Below are positions 54,803-56,477 of a stretch of 56,477 nt of DNA, piece by piece (the first letter of the stretch is position 1; the number at the start of each line of letters is the position of its first letter). Position numbers and translations under genes: made by a program. Under the pieces are notes generated by a model. That model had not been told where the DNA came from and did not search any database. It saw only the letters and a list, made by a program, of their open reading frames with translations. The DNA is from Eubacteriales bacterium (lineage in GTDB: Bacteria; Bacillota; Clostridia; Oscillospirales; SIG627), in assembly GCA_045531285.1 (NCBI GenBank), contig JAZSDT010000043.1, positions 1 to 56,477 on the forward strand, read 5' to 3'.

Positions 54803-54976
54803 CCACCTGTTGACCTAAGACAGTAGGTGACGCGAAAGCGTCGTAATATTCGCCTACCGAGGAAAACCTTGAATTTTAAAATCTGTACTTATGTATATTT
54901 TTGCGAATTTTCGGTTCTTTCATCGGTTGGTGAAGGAACCTTTTTTATTTCAAATTTACCCGGAGGTGAAACACGA
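54803..54976 (+). promoter_or_regulatory. ribosomal protein L10 leader with attenuator hairpin
   Basis: A long 5' UTR upstream of rplJ. Hairpin GGTTCTTTCA/TGAAGGAACC (54913-54940) is followed by TTTTTT, consistent with the Firmicute L10-leader attenuation mechanism. Confidence 0.65.
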
Positions 54977-55501
54977 ATGTCAAGTGCAAAGATTCTGGCT
55001 GCAAAGCAGTCGGCAGTAGCAGAGCTTACCGAGCAGTTGAAGGCATCACAGGCTGGCGTACTTGTAAACTACTACAAGACAACAGTTGAAGATGACACCA
55101 ACCTCAGAAAAGAGCTTACAAAGGCAGGCGTAACATACAAGGTAGTTAAGAACACACAGCTTAAGTTTGTTTTTGAAACCCTCGGTTACACAGACCTTAA
55201 CGCTCATCTCGAAGGTATGACAGCTATTGCATACTCTGAGACAGACCCCGTTGCTCCCGCCAAGATACTTTCCAAGTTCGCTAAGGAACATGAGGATTAT
55301 ACTATCAAGGCCGGCTACGTAGACGGCGGCGTCATCGATGCAGCAGGTGTTGAGAACCTTGCAAGCATTCCTTCAAAGGAAGGTCTTATTGCAAAGCTTC
55401 TCGGAAGTATCCAGAGCCCTCTTTACGGACTTGCTTATGTATTACAGGGCAAGATCGACAAGGAAGGCGGCGCAGCAGAGGAAGCTCCCGCTGCGGAATA
55501 A
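54977..55501 (+). CDS. rplJ: 50S ribosomal protein L10
   Basis: The start was moved to ATG 54977 (GGAGGTG RBS). The track's upstream 50 codons cover the L10 leader and contain its attenuator hairpin. Confidence 0.95.
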   Translation: MSSAKILAAKQSAVAELTEQLKASQAGVLVNYYKTTVEDDTNLRKELTKAGVTYKVVKNTQLKFVFETLGYTDLNAHLEGMTAIAYSETDPVAPAKILSKFAKEHEDYTIKAGYVDGGVIDAAGVENLASIPSKEGLIAKLLGSIQSPLYGLAYVLQGKIDKEGGAAEEAPAAE

Positions 55502-55566
55502 TCAATCAAAATATTTTAAATGCGGCATGACCGCATAACACTAATTAATTTCGGAGGTACATTAAA

Positions 55567-55944
55567 ATGGCAACAGAAAAGACAATGAACATTTTAGAAG
55601 AGATCAAGTCTCTCACTATCCTCGAGCTTGCAGATCTTGTTAAGGCTCTTGAAGAGGAATTTGGCGTATCAGCAGCTCCCGTAGCAGTAGCAGCAGCTCC
55701 TGCAGCAGGTGATGCTCCCGCAGCAGAAGAAAAGTCAGAGTTCGACGTAGTTCTCACAGCAGCTGGCGACGGCAAGCTTGCAGTTATCAAGGCAGTTCGT
55801 GAGATCACAGGTCTCGGTCTTAAGGAAGCTAAGGAACTCGTTGAGTCAGCTCCCAAGGAAATCAAGACAGGCGTTGCTAAGGCTGAAGCAGAAGAGATCA
55901 AGAATGCTCTTACCGCTGCAGGTGCAACTGTTGAGATCAAGTAA
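55567..55944 (+). CDS. rplL: 50S ribosomal protein L7/L12
   Basis: Ala/Pro-rich hinge and a C-terminal LKEAKELVE...AEEIK. Confidence 0.95.
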   Translation: MATEKTMNILEEIKSLTILELADLVKALEEEFGVSAAPVAVAAAPAAGDAPAAEEKSEFDVVLTAAGDGKLAVIKAVREITGLGLKEAKELVESAPKEIKTGVAKAEAEEIKNALTAAGATVEIK

Positions 55945-55969
55945 TTAAGGTTTTAAAGTCAACAAACAA

Positions 55970-56000
55970 AGCTCACCTTTCGGTGAGCTTTTGTTTTTTG
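55970..56000. terminator. bidirectional terminator after rplL and the convergent hydrolase gene
   Basis: AGCTCACC-tttc-GGTGAGCT followed by TTTTGTTTTTT. An A-rich tract lies upstream. Confidence 0.8.
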
Positions 56001-56477
56001 TCATATGATATTTATCTGGCACATCTTCATAGTTTCAAGGGCGGCATTGTGCGTTGCGGGGGTTACACCTGCCGAGCAGTCGGCAACGACGTATATTTCA
56101 TTTTCGGGGAAGTTTGCTTTGAGTATCAATGCGTTTGAAACCACGCAAATATCTGTGCAAAGTCCCATAAGAGTAATATCGAAATCCTCGTCCCTTGCGG
56201 CAATCTCAATGAGACGGGGAAGCTCCACCGAGCCGAAGGTCAGCTTCTCCACACTTGTGTATTTTTTATCCGAGAGGGCATTTGCAATATCAGCGTTAAG
56301 CTCCCACCCGTCCGTACCCTTGATGCAGTGGGGAACGGGGAGCTTTTTGCCCTCCGAGGTTTCCATATAATCCTCAAAATGTGTGTCAAAGGTCACATAT
56401 ATGTCACCTTCAAACTCATTTATTCTCTTTGTGCAATTTTTTATAATGTTCACGGCTTCCTTTGTACCCAAAGCACC
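56001..56477 (-). CDS. isochorismatase-family hydrolase, nicotinamidase-like paralogue (5' end outside the window)
   Basis: FDTHFEDYMETSEGKKLPVPHCIKGTDGW and GLCTDICV parallel the protein encoded at 14565-15074. The ORF is open to the window edge. Confidence 0.7.
   Translation of the reverse strand, partial: GALGTKEAVNIIKNCTKRINEFEGDIYVTFDTHFEDYMETSEGKKLPVPHCIKGTDGWELNADIANALSDKKYTSVEKLTFGSVELPRLIEIAARDEDFDITLMGLCTDICVVSNALILKANFPENEIYVVADCSAGVTPATHNAALETMKMCQINII

Noticed and set aside
54827-54976. The N-terminal 50-codon extension of rplJ in the ORF track
   Set aside because: The extension spans the L10 leader, including its terminator hairpin, and has no RBS. ATG 54977 has a perfect GGAGGTG RBS and gives the canonical L10 N-terminus.
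1-56477. A mobile genetic element, prophage or genomic island
   Set aside because: I recognised no integrase, transposase, recombinase, phage structural or conjugation genes. Gene content is housekeeping or metabolic, and the repeats lack an associated transposase here.

Overview
This is a 56.5-kb chromosomal window that looks like a low to moderate GC Firmicute, probably Clostridia-like. Supporting signs are a T-box leader, an L10 leader, an SLH-domain protein, GGAGG-type RBSs and sigma-A type TTGACA/TATAAT promoters. All calls rest on by-eye motif recognition only; no searches were run.

I support about 52 CDS. I recognised no rRNA, tRNA, CRISPR array, transposase, integrase or phage genes.

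Gene content, left to right:
- 264-6702: a glycan-related cluster (deacetylase-like protein, lipoprotein, GH20-like protein, beta-helix protein with a CBM, CapA).
- 6901-14425: putP, an anion permease, and a minus-strand operon of a sulfite/nitrite-reductase-like hemoprotein, a FecBCD-type ABC importer and a Gfo/Idh/MocA oxidoreductase.
- 14565-21869: pncA-nadE, an SLH esterase, a DUF4838-like protein, and a divergent LysR/DMT pair.
- 22189-23907: rpsB-tsf.
- 24956-35278: a long plus-strand operon (tartrate/isopropylmalate dehydrogenase family, two beta-helix proteins, two M16 peptidases, lgt, folD, metal transporter, pdxK, flavin-reductase-like, ThuA).
- 35459-54589: a long minus-strand block (asparaginase, gatB, gatA-like, gatC, aspS with T-box, CARF-nuclease-like gene, AEC permease, sanA, ltaS-like, guaB, rmuC, mltG, CPBP, 5-FTHF cyclo-ligase, DJ-1, PHP, GNAT).
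- 54977-55944: rplJ-rplL.

Most interesting observations:
1. The aspS-gatC-gatA-gatB operon carries a truncated GatA-like protein whose amidase Ser nucleophile appears replaced by Ala. An apparently catalytically intact asparaginase-family gene overlaps the gatB stop by ATGA. A T-box whose most plausible specifier is AAC (Asn) sits upstream. This suggests a GatCAB/GatDE-like hybrid amidotransferase.
2. An orphan Card1/Can2-like CARF plus PD-(D/E)xK protein overlaps an AEC permease stop by one nucleotide.
3. A dense family of at least 15 copies or fragments of a ~106-nt structured intergenic repeat shows compensatory changes in a terminal hairpin. Its orientation is strongly biased relative to the adjacent gene 3' ends.
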